A DNA stretch of 52,588 nucleotides, counting the filler, from Sphacelaria rigidula (Eukaryota): NCBI GenBank assembly GCA_964200075.2. It is 4 parts of 4 records of this genome, joined end to end, with 100 filler letters (N's around TTAATTAATTAA, not from the genome) between each part and the next. Parts side by side here need not be neighbours in the genome. Positions count along the whole stretch, not along the records: positions 13,176 to 26,247 come from CAXNAA020003173.1; positions 26,348 to 39,418 come from CAXNAA020003174.1; 2 more parts are not named here. One strand, 5' to 3'. Numbering within the stretch: position 1 is the first letter of the stretch; each line of letters opens with the position of its first letter. Shown here piece after piece: positions 22,830 through 34,823 of the stretch. A model generated the notes under the pieces. It saw nothing but the letters and a program-made list of their open reading frames with translations. It did no database searches and was not told where the DNA came from. The position numbers were made by a program, and so were the translations under genes.

Positions 22830-23901
22830 AACGCTGACTGCTGCTGTCTGTTGGATATTGTGTTGCCTCGGTGCTGCTGTTGTGTGCTGATTGGTGATGA
22901 CGCTGCATTTGGGCGAGAAATTACACGATGAAAAAAACGATAAAGGTCAATGTCAACCATACCTGTCCATGAAATAAATGACCACCTGCATTTCACCTGT
23001 GCGCTGGAAAGACGTAGCACCAGTACCCACAGGGCGACGAGGCATGAAAAAGGGTCGACGGTTGATGTCTTTGATCATGGGGATGCCGAAGTGCACTGTT
23101 TCCTACTGCGCTGTTCAGGGCAAAGCACGCGCATGCGGTATCTGAGTTAGCCCCGTTCGTTCCTGAAGATCCAACTTCTTTTTTCTCTTGTACAGGAGGT
23201 GCCTGGCCCGGGTCTCGCCGATTTTGCCAGTTGGGTATTTTTATATCGATCATAATAGGGAAAAATTCGACAAAAGCATAACCGGTAAAATCGCGTTAGT
23301 TGCATTCGCTTCCCGCTGTACACTCGGTAACCCTCATCCGTTTCTCGGGACGAGTCCATAGTTGCAAGGGAACGAGCCATCTTTCCCCGGGTACACACCT
23401 GGCAGTTTGTTGCGATATCGCGGAATGGAGCAGCACTCCGGCGTCGCGCGCGTCGGTTCTCGTCCGATTTTTTTTACTCACGTCCTCACATTTCAACGAA
23501 GACGGAAGCCAGATGGTGTTCCGAAAAGAAGATCGCTTTTCTCGACGTCCGAATCTCGCAACCTTGAAAGGTTGTCAGCGCGAATGGGTTATGACGGATC
23601 GGTCGATGTGAGGGCGTGTCCTCGCACCTTATTTTTCGATCGAAAATGTGCGGTGGAAAAGGAAAATTCCGAGCGGATGGGCCGTAATTTCAACCGTCGT
23701 TCGTCATTTATGTTGAGATCTCCCGATCTTTGCGTCCCACCGCGCACTTGTTCGATCGAGAAATGATTTGCGAAGACACGAGTTGACGCCCTGAGGCGAC
23801 CGATCAATCGAATCAATCACTCAGCCGCTCTATGATTCATTCAGCCCGCAGTTTGCCCTAAACTCGCCCATCGTTGTATGTTTGCTCATCGAATACCGCA
23901 G

Positions 23902-23989
23902 GGAGCCGTCTTCTTACAGCGGCCGCGGAGAGCTCGGTCGAGGTGCTGCGGCGGGTGGGGGCTACGGTACCTCAGATTTTTTCACAGAG
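23902..23989 (+). CDS. Low-complexity Gly/Ser/Pro-rich protein, exon A
   Basis: CCGCAG|G...GAG|GTAAGA. Encodes EPSSYSGRGELGRGAAAGGGYGTSDFFTE and ends in phase 0. Confidence 0.65.
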
Positions 23990-24183
23990 GTAAGATCGGT
24001 GTATGCGAATGGAAACTGGAATCCCAACTCAAACTCGGCACCACAGTTTTCTTCTGTCTTTATTTCTTTGAATTATTTTTCATTTATCATTCGTTTTTTT
24101 TTCTGTATGCTTACATCCCCCCCATATCAAGAACCGTTTGCATACGTGGTCTGCGGGTGTGCGGGTGTTTGTTTGGCCCGCAG

Positions 24184-24713
24184 ACGCAACAACCGGGTGA
24201 CCGTGCGGCGAGACTACCGCGACCACCAGGGTCCTCCGGCGACCTGATGTGGAGCAGCCCTCAACGCCAACCCAGCGACGCCTTCTCTTCTCCCGGCAGC
24301 AACAAATCCGGACCGCCCGGATCACTCTCCATGTACCCGGGCCCGGACCCAAGGCTTCCCGGAACCGGTATGGCGCACGCGGGAAACGACACATGGTCAT
24401 CGTGGAACAAGAAAGACGATAGCCGAAGACCCATGGGAGTCGGGGCGGGTTCGGGTCCTGGCGGGTACTTCTCCTCCTCAGCGGGAATGTTACCCGGATC
24501 GCCGGTCGCCGGTGCTGGTGGTCTGGACTTCCGACATCACTCCTCCACGCAACTTCGGCACCATCACCACAGGATCGGTTCTGGGTCCGGGACCGGGACC
24601 GGGACCGGTTCTACGTTTGATTCAAGAGATTTGATGTCTGTTTCACTTCCGCCGCCGCCTCCCGCTGGCGCCGGAAACAGCAATGGACGTCGTGCTAGCA
24701 GTAATCCCAACAG
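24184..24713 (+). CDS. Low-complexity Gly/Ser/Pro-rich protein, exon B
   Basis: CCCGCAG|ACG, phase 0. GC-rich open frame TQQPGDRAARLPRPP...RRASSNPNR. Probable GC donor CAG|GCGAG. Confidence 0.7.
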
Positions 24714-25039
24714 GCGAGGATGTATATGGCCGTTTGGCACACAATACAAAAACTCTCGATATACCGACGTTGTAGGTTATATGTTGTAGAACTTGTGCTA
24801 CAACGATTGGTGCTCCTTATGGTCGTGTCGATTGAATTCCTCGCTACAGTTAGTTGGAATACCCGTACCTAGGTTTAGATTTGACCGCGCGTTCCCCTCC
24901 TCACGGGGTCAAATATTTCCACTCACACATCCCACTTTTGTCAGTTTTTTTCTTACAACAGTACAGCATCGTGATAGTGAAACGAACAAAAAATGTGACT
25001 CGCAATATAATTATATCCGTGCAAATATTCCGTGGACAG

Positions 25040-25347
25040 GTGGACCGTTTCGGGCGGTTCGGATGAGGCGTTCGACGGGCTGAATCAAACTTCGGATGGA
25101 TCACCCCGACCGAATCACTCCGAGGCCACCGGGGGACCAGCGCTGGACAACTCGCCGTACGCTCTGCAGCATTCGCTGCCTCCATCATCACTGGCGCCGG
25201 GCGCGGAAGTGGGTGCCCGCGGTGGGGGCAGCGGCGGTCGGGCGGGGGGGGGTCGAGGCAGGGTCGGGTTCAACGGTGCCCGAACACTGTCGCCACAGGC
25301 GGCAGTGGCAGCAGCAAAAATTCTTGGCGGAGGCGGCGGCAGTACCG
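25040..25347 (+). CDS. Low-complexity Gly/Ser/Pro-rich protein, exon C (gene probably continues beyond the contig)
   Basis: GGACAG|G, phase 2. Encodes WTVSGGSDEAFDGL...KILGGGGGST. Strong donor G|GTAAGT. Confidence 0.7.
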
Positions 25348-25489
25348 GTAAGTGGTTCAGTCTTTTCTTTCCTGAGGTAGTTGTTGAGGTGAAGTACCGA
25401 ACCCCCGAGGTACTTGAGACATCCGTCGTCTGCCAATATACTGAATATGTACTCATCACGTGTTTTTGTTCGAAGATGGTGAGGGTAGG

Positions 25490-25725
25490 TAGGGTACCGA
25501 ACCCCAACGTGCCTGGGGATATCGACTGCCCAATGTATACCGAATGTTCTAGGGTGGGCACCTCGGGTGTCGATTGCCGGATATACTCGACATTTCAGGG
25601 TGTACCTGGAGCATTCATCGACTGTGATATACTGGATATTTTAGGCGTGTACCCTCGGGCATCGATCAATTGTGATGTACAGGACATTTTGGGGGTTTAC
25701 CCGGGGTATTCATCGACTGTCAGAA
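25490..25725. repeat. Degenerate minisatellite (~45-48 bp unit)
   Basis: Recurrent GGGTGTACC..GG.CAT..ATCGACTGTGATATACT.GACATTT units. Confidence 0.6.
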
Positions 25726-25744
25726 TTTAATACTGATATTGTTT

Positions 25745-25970
25745 TAAGTCGGTCATTTTTTTCTGTGCTTTGCTTGTGTTGACTTTTTTATTCTTTTTTT
25801 TTGTTAGGACTTAGTCTGCTATGTCGTTCTGTTCGACTTTTATTTTCATGTTCCTTTCTTTCTTCAGAGCGTGTTTCAGTTTCGTTTTTCTCGGCTACCT
25901 CTATCACGAGACCACGGCTGGACCCCTGGGGGGTCAGTTCAAGTGCGACAATCAATCAATCAATCAATCA
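25745..25970 (+). mobile_element. Retroposon 3' end with (TCAA)n tail
   Basis: Homologous to 11790-12075: TAGTCT.CTATGTCGTTCTGTTCGACT...GACCACGGCTGGACCC.TGGG.GGTCAGTT.AAGTGCGACAATCAATC. Confidence 0.7.
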
Positions 25971-26194
25971 TTTGCAGAGTTTCTTGTAGCTGGTTATTTG
26001 TAATTGCACACTCTTTTCATGCTCTTGTACCCGATTTTGTTTTTTCGTCAACAAGTACTATCACCATGAGCAGCACCAGCACCAGCGGGCCCAGGATTTG
26101 ACAGTCGTCGCTTTTTTACTCGAGTCTGTTCGTTTTGTCGCACGTATGAAATAAACTGTTGGTACCTACAAGGAACAAAATATAAATATTTCTT

Positions 26195-26234
<40 letters not shown>

Positions 26235-26247
26235 ACCCCCCACCCCC

Positions 26248-26347
26248 NNNNNNNNNNNNNNNNNNNNNNNNNNNNNNNNNNNNNNNNNNNNTTAATTAAT
26301 TAANNNNNNNNNNNNNNNNNNNNNNNNNNNNNNNNNNNNNNNNNNNN
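26248..26347. other. Artificial contig spacer
   Basis: N44-TTAATTAATTAA-N44. Confidence 0.99.
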
Positions 26348-26414
26348 AATCGAACCCCACTACTCGACCGTCAGAAGGTTACGAGGTTACCAACTGAGCC
26401 ACCGGGGCGACCGG
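26348..26414 (-). mobile_element. tRNA-derived SINE head (truncated by contig end)
   Basis: CCGGTCGCCCCGGTGGCTCAGTTGGTAACCTCGTAACCTTCTGACGGTCG...GGTTCGATT, matching 490-555. Confidence 0.75.
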
Positions 26415-26466
26415 CATGTGCTTAGAATGATCGTGCCTAGTAGAATATTGAACATGGAATATTCTA

Positions 26467-26809
26467 CCACTCACACGCGGCCATTCGGCTACACCCCAAA
26501 ATGCCTCCGGAGGGATGCGCAGCCCTTCAGGGGGAAAACAAGCCTCTGGAGGCCTTCCATCCCTCTAGAGGAAACCAACTCTACCGACCCGGAGGGTCGC
26601 GCACCCCTCCGGAGGAAATTGGGGGTATGCGCGGCCCTCCGGAGGCAAGAATAAGCCTCCGGAGGCGTTTAATCCCTCTGGAGGAAACCAAAACATTTCC
26701 TCTGTGGAGAGCCGCGCACCCCTCCGGAGACGTTTAATTCACCTGGAGGCTCGAAAAGTGTACCCACCTGGAGGAAGTTTGGAGGTAGCCAAATGGCCGC
26801 GTGTGCTGG
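26467..26809. mobile_element. MITE with TA flanks and internal palindromic CCTCCGGAGG array
   Basis: TIRs CCACTCACACGCGGCCATTCGGCTAC / GTAGCCAAATGGCCGCGTGTGCTGG, TA on both sides, and about ten CCTC(C/T)GGAGG-like motifs inside. Confidence 0.75.
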
Positions 26810-27606
26810 TATCCCTTCATTTTGAAAGGTATCATACATGGGGGGGAAATGACGGTAAATGTGCAGTCAGTATATATATGGACGGTCGGTATTTTATTCT
26901 TTTCCGTTGAGCCATCCGTTCGGCGGCAGATGCATATGTTTCAATAACTGGTTCAATTCGAGTGCCACATGTGCACGGGACTTTGTACTTTGTCGTCGAG
27001 TCGCTCGCATCCCCTTTCGTATCTTCACTCGAGGCTGCATACACGCAAGCCTAAGCCCAAGCCACAAGCACCTCACTTGGCGTTTTTTGCTCTCGTCGGT
27101 CCTATGTTGTACGTTTGAATATATATTGTCCCGCATCTCCACGAAATACTTTCTCTAAATTTCGGGATTGTTCCTCTCACGCAGGCGCCATCCTGATCAT
27201 CAGCAGCGAACGTTTGTATTTGAAGACAAGCTAAATACTCACGACGACTCACCTGCTGCACAGACATGTATATTTGTGTCGGGTATTATTTTTCTGTGTG
27301 AACGGTCGGTCGTTGTCATCCCGAAACCGTACGTACGGTATTATTGCTGTGCTTCGATCTCGAATTTCGTCCAGCCTCTGTGCCAAGCTGAAGGGCGTGA
27401 TGATTGTAAAACTTTCAAATCATATCGAGATGAGAAGCAAGTGCGACCTCCATTTCCCAGGTACGCATGATAGCAATAATATGTAGACTGTTACAGCACT
27501 TGTGCTAGTCTTGTACTATGTAGATGTTTTTTTTTCAATCGGAGGCGTACCGAAGACAGACGATGTTGCTCACCCCCATGTATGGGAGAGAAAATGCTCT
27601 GTGAAC

Positions 27607-28355
27607 AGTGTGAAATAGAAGTAACAACGTTTTCGTGAAATTGAGAGTAAAGCGCTGATTGAGAGTGGCTTTGGTCACTCGCTTTCACTTGGCGATTTTT
27701 TCATTCCGTGTGTGCTGTTCTTTGCCTCTATTACTAGCGTGTGCTTACAGCTACACGTCGATATCCTGCTCAAGGATATCAAGGGCCTCAGTGGCAAGCT
27801 ACTACAGAAAGCGTATCGGGGCTCGTGGAGGGGCATTTCGGAACTGAAACAGTTTAGTCACGATTTGACCGCTTTTCACTCTCAATCGTATCCTCTACTC
27901 TCAATTTCACGAAAACATTGTTAAGTGTAGGATGAACGATATCTGTAAGATGAGATTATGAAAATTAGGAATCGTCATATCTCCCGCAGAACGAAACGAA
28001 GTCCACCAATATTTTTTCGGTAAGTTTGTGTTACAAACTACGAGCGCGTCACAGAAAATTGGGGATTTTCACGGAATATTGAGGGTCCTAGAAGAAGAGC
28101 GAAAAACAGTTGTTTTTGACATTTCCACGCACAAGCGTTCGCACGGAAATGTCAAAAATACGGTTTATGCTCTAGGAAACTGAGAATTGAGCAAATCTCC
28201 TCAATTTTTTGTGACGTGCTCGTAGTTGGTACCACAAACGAACCGAAGAAAAATTGGTGGACGTCGTTTTGTTTTGCGGGAGATATGGCGATTCTTAATT
28301 TTCAGAATCTCATCCTATTATAGATATCGTTCATCCTACATTTCTATTTCACACT
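27607..28355. mobile_element. MITE whose right TIR is interrupted by a foldback element
   Basis: Left TIR AGTGTGAAATAGAAGTAACAACGTTTTCGTGAAATTGAGAGTA; right TIR TACTCTCAATTTCACGAAAACATTGTTA[insert]TCTATTTCACACT. Confidence 0.75.
27924..28342. mobile_element. Foldback element (~420-bp imperfect palindrome)
   Basis: TGTAGGATGAACGATATCT..ATATCTCCCGCA..GTCCACCAAT..AACTACGAGC.CGTCAC is mirrored at the right end; the centre is near 28130. Confidence 0.85.
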
Positions 28356-29249
28356 ATTTGTACGTGTTGTATCCAAACCAAAGATCCGGATCCGCGGCGA
28401 ACAGTATCGCAGAGTCAGTTACAAACAGGGCATGCGTACCTACCCTAAGAGGAGCCATGCGGGTAGTCCACCTATATCACGTATACACTTTTTCGGTGAA
28501 GCTGATGCCGATTCAGCAGGTGACCTACCCTCGCGCTCGATGGGTTAGCGGAAGGTGGTGGGATCGTACCTAACACAACAAGGTATGGGATTTCAATCGA
28601 TAGTCGGTCAGATTCGTATGATACGTGGTTCGGTTGAAAATTGAAAAAATAATGCTCCGGAGTAAAAAAGAAAAAACCGAAGCATCAAAACGAATTGATG
28701 CCCATCATCAGTACGCACGAGGGCACTTTTCGAAACCACGACTCCACCCGACCACACAACACAACTGATACCGCGAATACAAGGACAACACTACAATCGC
28801 CAGCTGCAGCATCAACAGCAACAACAACAGCTACACCACGACCATTATCATCACCATCACCGCCACGACGACAAACAACTTCACCAAGAAGTATAGACTA
28901 GAGCAAGAGTGACCGAAGCACCAGCAGCAAACTGAAATTTCACGGGCTTAGGTAAATCGATCCGGTGCCCACCAACGCTCACGAAAAGCCTTTAATCGAG
29001 ATCTGGCTTATCCCGGAACGGCTGCATAAAGGAGGTCAGCAGGGCGAAACCGATCGTAAATAGCAACTGCTGTTGAGGTGCGCGTATGTCGGGGGGAGGG
29101 GGGGAGGGGGGAGGGGAGGGATTGAATCGGGTGGGGTTGGTGTCCGTCATCGTTATTCACAACAATCGCTGATGCATAGCCACCAGCAGCGTTTTTCATA
29201 TTTCCTTTCCTCCCTCTGGCACACAAGTCACGTTGTTGAGAAACACGTC

Positions 29250-31200
29250 TTTCTCTCAACTCACATAGCCTCATTATGTTTGAATCACGTCATAGGCATG
29301 CATCCTACTTCGTTGTGTGCCCAGCGAGCAACGGGCAGGTACTGTACTGGCTTGGTGACTAAGAGTGCGAGTGACCGTCTGCTGTGCATGGATCCTGTGC
29401 ATGGTTCGAGTACGCATAATTTTCGTTTTGCGGCCCTCCTCTGGGGCTCAAAATATGCAGCGCACACGATGAGCACAGAAGAACAACCCGTCGCTTTAAT
29501 AGTGGCACTTGCTTGCAACCAGGTCGAAATAAGGCTTGGAAGAAGAAACCATTGCGGCATCTCCAGAAAAAGACACTCGGCATCTGAAGAGCCTCGGAGG
29601 ATCGAGAGGGGGGTATCAACTGACATGACACTACCAGCTGTATCCGCCCTTATTACTGTTGTAGCAGTGTCTGAACAGTTTTCTGCCGTCACGTTTCCTC
29701 TTCTTGGCCACGGGATCATTCATCTCACATCACGCGCCCGGCATCACTGTGATCACATCACTGTGATGTGCGCATCGTGGAACAAGGGATGTTGACTGTA
29801 AAACTATGTGCGTGTCTTCCATACAAGCAGTCGTCGCGCTTAACAGACACTACAACAAGCTAGTTGTACACAGAGGGAGGAGAGGCACAGAGTATGTACA
29901 GCGTGATCAATCGCGACCATACGCCCTTCGGATGATGGGAGATCTTTTGATTTCCATTCAGCAGGTGGGGGGCGGGACTACAAAGAAAAACTGTAGTTCG
30001 GCGTAACCACACAGATCCGTAGTTCAATAACCTGCTGTTGCATAGTGCAGTTGCATTTGATTTCCTCAAATAATTCAAATTCTTGTGTTTCCCGCGTCCG
30101 CTGGAGTGCCCGAACACGATGGTTCGAAAGCAGCCCTTTTCCCGCAATCCGTCATACGTGCGAGGGCCTGGCGGCTGAAATTGCCCTCAAATATAGATAG
30201 ATAATGCGGACGCAATTTTTTAGTGTTGATAGGTGGGATGTAGTCTTCCTATCCCTCTTCATCAGCCGGGTGCTTGAGCGCCATCATTTTCCGTCGTCTT
30301 GAGTTGAAGCAGTATTGCAAAGATGCTTCCTTCTTTTCTTGGTTGAGATGCAGTCGCATCTTTCGTCATCCGCTCCGTGACTGAGCACATCGAATCTGTT
30401 CGCTTTCTTTGCTGCCGTGGGCAGGGGGGTGGGTGAAGAGGGCATGCCAGTGCATATAGACGGCCGAAGCGAATCAAATGCCATCGCACTGCATCCTTCT
30501 ATTCCGACGTCGTAGTAGTGGCTGAGTGATGCGTGAAGATCGCGAGTGGCTGCCTATGGAACATACTGTAGACCGGCTGATGTTGCGGTGTGACAGAGCG
30601 CGCTTGTTTTTTCCTTTTCTAGTCGTCGCCCGTAGGCATGCGTGTATCTCCTGTTTCTACTTCAACGTATAGTCGCGCTTGTGCTTGCCGTGGCTCCCAT
30701 CGCAACTATAGGCAAAAATCGTTCCGCCGAACTCCGGATGTAGTGATGATTTGTGTGTGTCGTGTTTCACATCATCATCATGTATTCGGCGTTACTGTGC
30801 TGTAGTATCCTTTGGCGGTCAGGATGGTCCACCTGCTGGATCGGCATCATTTTCGAAATGGAAAACAGGTACAACGCAGCTATTGTTGTAGAAGACCCAC
30901 CTCCTCCTAGTGGTCAGAGGATTCAACGCGGGAACGCCATGGAGCCTCTTGGAGGTTGTTCAGCTGCGGTTGCTCTGTATTTGTTTTGTCGTATAACAGG
31001 TCTCATTATGTTCATCATGTGCCCTCATTGTGAACACAAACATGCGATCCTGGCATAAGCTGGGCCGACAAAGAAGATCCTCATGCAACAGAAATTTCCA
31101 GATGGTCCAAGGATGGTCGGCAATAGCAGTAGTTGTAACTTGATTTTAGTGTGAACACTGGTTGTCATCGCAGATGTTCCTAGCTCGCGATTGTCTACTT
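29250..31200 (-). mobile_element. Possible highly degenerate Helitron Rep remnant
   Basis: Minus-strand peptides appear in Helitron order: QCSH*..LLLPT..GNFCCMR (C.HC..CC finger), VFYNNSC (R.YN), KNLNYLRKSN (RL.Y.R.NQ), RGNVTAENCSDTATTV (GQ.A.DRPD..V), FKHNEAM*VE..CFST (H.NVE.C.S). Matched by eye only. Confidence 0.35.
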
Positions 31201-32073
31201 CTTGTCCAAATCGGCGGTACAGGCGCCGATTTGCGCCGACCTAAGGTCTGCCAATGCACACTCTGCCTAGGACACCCCCCGCATATCCCTTGTGTGTGCC
31301 CGAGGATGTTTCTCTTGTGCCTTTTGGTCGGGGGTAGTGTTAGGATCGGCGGTATATGATTGGCGGCACCTCACATACTGTAAAGCACCACCAACCATTA
31401 AGATTTCCGATCATTTTGTAATCGCAGCACTCCATGTTGTTGGTCGTTCACCTGCACTACTTCGCGCTGTACTGTACGGTAGACCGTACCTCACATTTCA
31501 TGTCTGTTCGTCTAGCTATATGAACACGGTTGTTCCCTCTGCTTTCCACTAATGGATGTGTCTGTAGCGGGCAGACTGGACAGATATTCATGCAGACAAA
31601 CGAAATTTTTGAACAATGTGCCCCGTACTACTCTGATTTATCAGATCCCCTCAGTGGTACTCGCATTTTGAAAATACCGTGCTTATTATTCGACCAATTC
31701 CGACCTCATTCATGCCCGTACAAAACGTTCTCTCCCATTTTTCAGAATTGGACGGCGAGGGTAGCTAAGTCACCTGCTGAATCAGCAGCAATAATTGTCT
31801 TCACTTAAAAAAGTATACGTAATCCAGATGGACTACCCGCATCGCAGTCTAAGGGTCAACCCCTCGGCCGCTGTTTTATTATTATTGTATTTATTTCGCT
31901 GACATGCTTGTATAATACTCCAGTTAGCTTCACCACCTAATTAAGAATATTATATATGTCAGTTGTGATCTTCAGCCTCAAAACGTACAAAAAAACTGAT
32001 CTTCGTCAACAATTATTGTTGTTGTGTTGCATGAAGAAGAGAAGCACACACACGCACAGACTGAAACCGTTTG

Positions 32074-32356
32074 AACAATGTTCTCGTGAGATTGAGAGTA
32101 GAGGATACGATTGAGAGTCAAAAGCTGTCAGTTGGTGAGTGAATTGTTTCAGTTCCGAAATGCCCCTCCACGAGGCCCGATATGCTTCCTGTATGTAGTA
32201 GCTTACCATTGAGGCCCTTGGTACCCCTGAGTAGGATATCGGCGTGTAGCTGTAAGTAGACGCCAGTGATGGGGGCGAAGAAAAGCACATACGGAATGAA
32301 AAACTGGCTAGTTAAAGCGAATGATCGAAGCCACTCCCAATCAGCGCTCCACTCTT
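32074..32356 (-). mobile_element. Inverted, TIR-truncated copy of the 27607 MITE
   Basis: Reverse complement of ~27640-27922 (for example TGTTTCAGTTCCGAAATGCCCCTCCACGAG). Confidence 0.8.
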
Positions 32357-32751
32357 ATAGTGCAGGTGGCTGTCGGCAATCCACAGAGAAAATATAAGAA
32401 CTCAATACTGTGTAGCAATTTGTCCTGAGGCTTAATATCTTGTTCTCGTGTGTTGGGGCTACCTGTACTACTACTACTACTGAGCGTCTTCCCTTTCCTT
32501 GCTGGAATTTTATTGAAAGTAACGACAACGCCGGGAATACTCTTTTTTGTTGTTGTTGTTGTTGCCGCTGACATGTTCTCCCCCCCGTGACTGTTGCTTG
32601 ATGTCCAAAGAAGCAACAACAACGATGTCCCCCCTCTTTTTTTCACCTTGCCTCCCTGCTCGTGGGTTGGTGTCGTCCATTATCGTTCCCCCCAAACACA
32701 CCATCAATAGGGGTTCAAGCAGGAGATTTATTCACCAGGACAGCGAGAGCG

Positions 32752-33837
32752 ATGGCGTCAAACCAAGGGGCAGGGGGATATCCCTTTGCCGTTACTATTG
32801 CTCCGGTGATCGTCCAGGGTACCACGTACGAAAGGGCACGTATCCCTCACCGCTATGGTGCTGCAAGATTGACTCGAGTGGCGATCGCCCCGAGGCAAAG
32901 GGGGGGGGATGGCGGGGACGGGAATAGCGGCGGAGACGCCATGGCAGGGAGGAAGAGACGGAGGGATGAAGACGATGAAGGATCGGTGAGTGCTGTGTCT
33001 GACTTCGCGTGGATATCATCGCTGGTGTAACGGTTGCTTGGATGGTTGGTTGGTTGATTCGATGGTTGGTTGGTTGATTGCAGCACGTAGTGTAAATCCG
33101 TTGCGAACACAGCCGTGGATAGGTGCAAGGCAGGCAGACACAGTCAAGGTGAATTTGCGGTAGGGTTGGGGTCACCATGTCTTCAGCATTCGGGAAGAAA
33201 TTAATGTTCGGTGATGGAAATTGGGAGTGCAGATCACCACATACATATTTCCGGGCAAGGCAATGCAGCGCATGATTCAAGACGATATCTTCGTTGTGTT
33301 GGTGTGTGTGCTCCTTGTTTCCTTTCTCTTACGTGTTGAACTCTGTCTTGCTTGCTGTATCTGGCCCTCCTACATTTTCGCCTTGAAGCCGTACGTGTTC
33401 TGCTTTGCCGTTCACTTATCGTTTGTTTCATGTTTTCCTTTTCAATTTGCCCTATTCTGCGCTGCCTGATGTACCTCTTCCCCTCTCCGCATCTCTCCCT
33501 TTCTTCCCAACGTACTGCACCCTGTACACCAAATTCATCGCAGGACGAGGTGTCGCCGGCCAGAAGGGAGAGGTCGCCGAAGGTTCGCCGTGTGGAGTCG
33601 GTGGCACAGGCACCGTCGATCTCGGTGTCTTCGCTAATGTTCACTCAAGAGATGCTCGCCAGGGCAGCACCAACCGCTCCTATTTTCACCTCCAACCCTT
33701 CCCTCGACAGCGAGGGAAGCCCGGACGACGACGACACCCTCCTGTCCGCGGCGATCGCCCCCCCCCAGCACGAGGAAGAGGCCGCGTCGAGCAGCAACGA
33801 CGATGCTCCCTCCTAGGGAATGTGGTCGTACCCGCAG
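32752..33837 (+). pseudogene. Two-exon fragment of an unknown low-complexity protein with an in-frame stop before a donor
   Basis: Exon ending MAGRKRRRDEDDEGS|GTGAGT (32985). Exon 33544-33837 (CGCAG|GAC...CAG|GTCAGT, 294 nt, phase 0-0) contains TAG at 33814-33816. It could alternatively be a real terminal exon with a 3'UTR intron. Confidence 0.45.
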
Positions 33838-34389
33838 GTCAGTACATTCAGTTGTTGTCGTTGCCGTTGCTATCGTTGTTGGTTGTGATGTGGGCTGGGC
33901 TTTAGGTCCGTTTGCTCTCATGTTTCCGATTGGTTTTCTTGGTGAGGCTTCTGCTCAGCTTTTTCCTTTCCTCTCTCCCAAATTCTCCAGATTTTTTTTT
34001 TTTTCTTTACAGGAATGTACGCTCTCGATTTTTTTCATTTCTTTCTTTATTTTTTGGAAAAACGGCGGGGAAAAATCAAGAACGAACACGGGAAAAAAAT
34101 GAGATGAAAAGGTGACGGAACAGAGTAATAAAGAGAGGAAAAACTAAAGTATACGCACGGCGGGAGAGCTAGGCTATCTCTTGTCGTCTCGTGTGTACTT
34201 CGGTCTCGAGGCGGCTTTTCGTTTTTCGAGTAGATGCAGTGCTCTTGGTGGGCATCCTACCGTTATTGCACTCCTGCTTGGTACGCACGGGTGCTAGCGT
34301 TGTCTGTTCTTTTTCTGTGCATCGGTCGATAGGCGATAAGTGATAGGTGGTAGGGAGGGCTCGTCATCATGTTGGCGGGTGATTGCAAC

Positions 34390-34823
34390 ATGGCATTTTA
34401 CAAATTGGGGATGGATTTTTTATTGAAGATGATACACTCGGAGAACTGATATCTTCGTATCCACAACAAATCTTCGGAAAATAGTTCTATTTCTTCGCTT
34501 GCTGGTAGACATTGACAGCTGCTACACGCCATACAAATTTGGATCCTGATGTCCGCCATGTCGGGGTCCTGGGTGGAAAACCAATTTGGGTGAATTTAGG
34601 TTATCCGATCGCCGAAATTCCCCGAATATTGCTTTTTCACCCATGACCCCAACATTTTGGTTATCGAAATCCCAATTTGTATGGCGTGTAGTAGTTGTCA
34701 ATAGCTACCAGTAGGTGAAGGAGTGAAACGTTTTTTCGAAGATTTGGTGTGGATACAAAGATGTCGATTCTCCGGGTTCTCATCCTCAATAAAGAATCCA
34801 TCCCCGATTTGTAAAATCCCGTA
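34390..34823. mobile_element. Foldback element (~430-bp imperfect palindrome)
   Basis: ATTTTACAAATTGGGGATGGATT..GTATCCACA..CTACACGCCATACAAATT is mirrored by AATTTGTATGGCGTGTAG..TGTGGATAC..AATCCATCCCCGATTTGTAAAAT. Confidence 0.85.

Noticed and set aside
23878..24789. 303-aa ORF as a single-exon gene
   Set aside because: The first third is T-rich intron read-through; only 24184-24713 looks coding in this frame.
26500..26790. CRISPR-like repeat-spacer array
   Set aside because: The repeats are ~10 bp and degenerate, the spacers are related to each other, the array is bounded by TIRs, there are no cas genes, and the context is eukaryotic.
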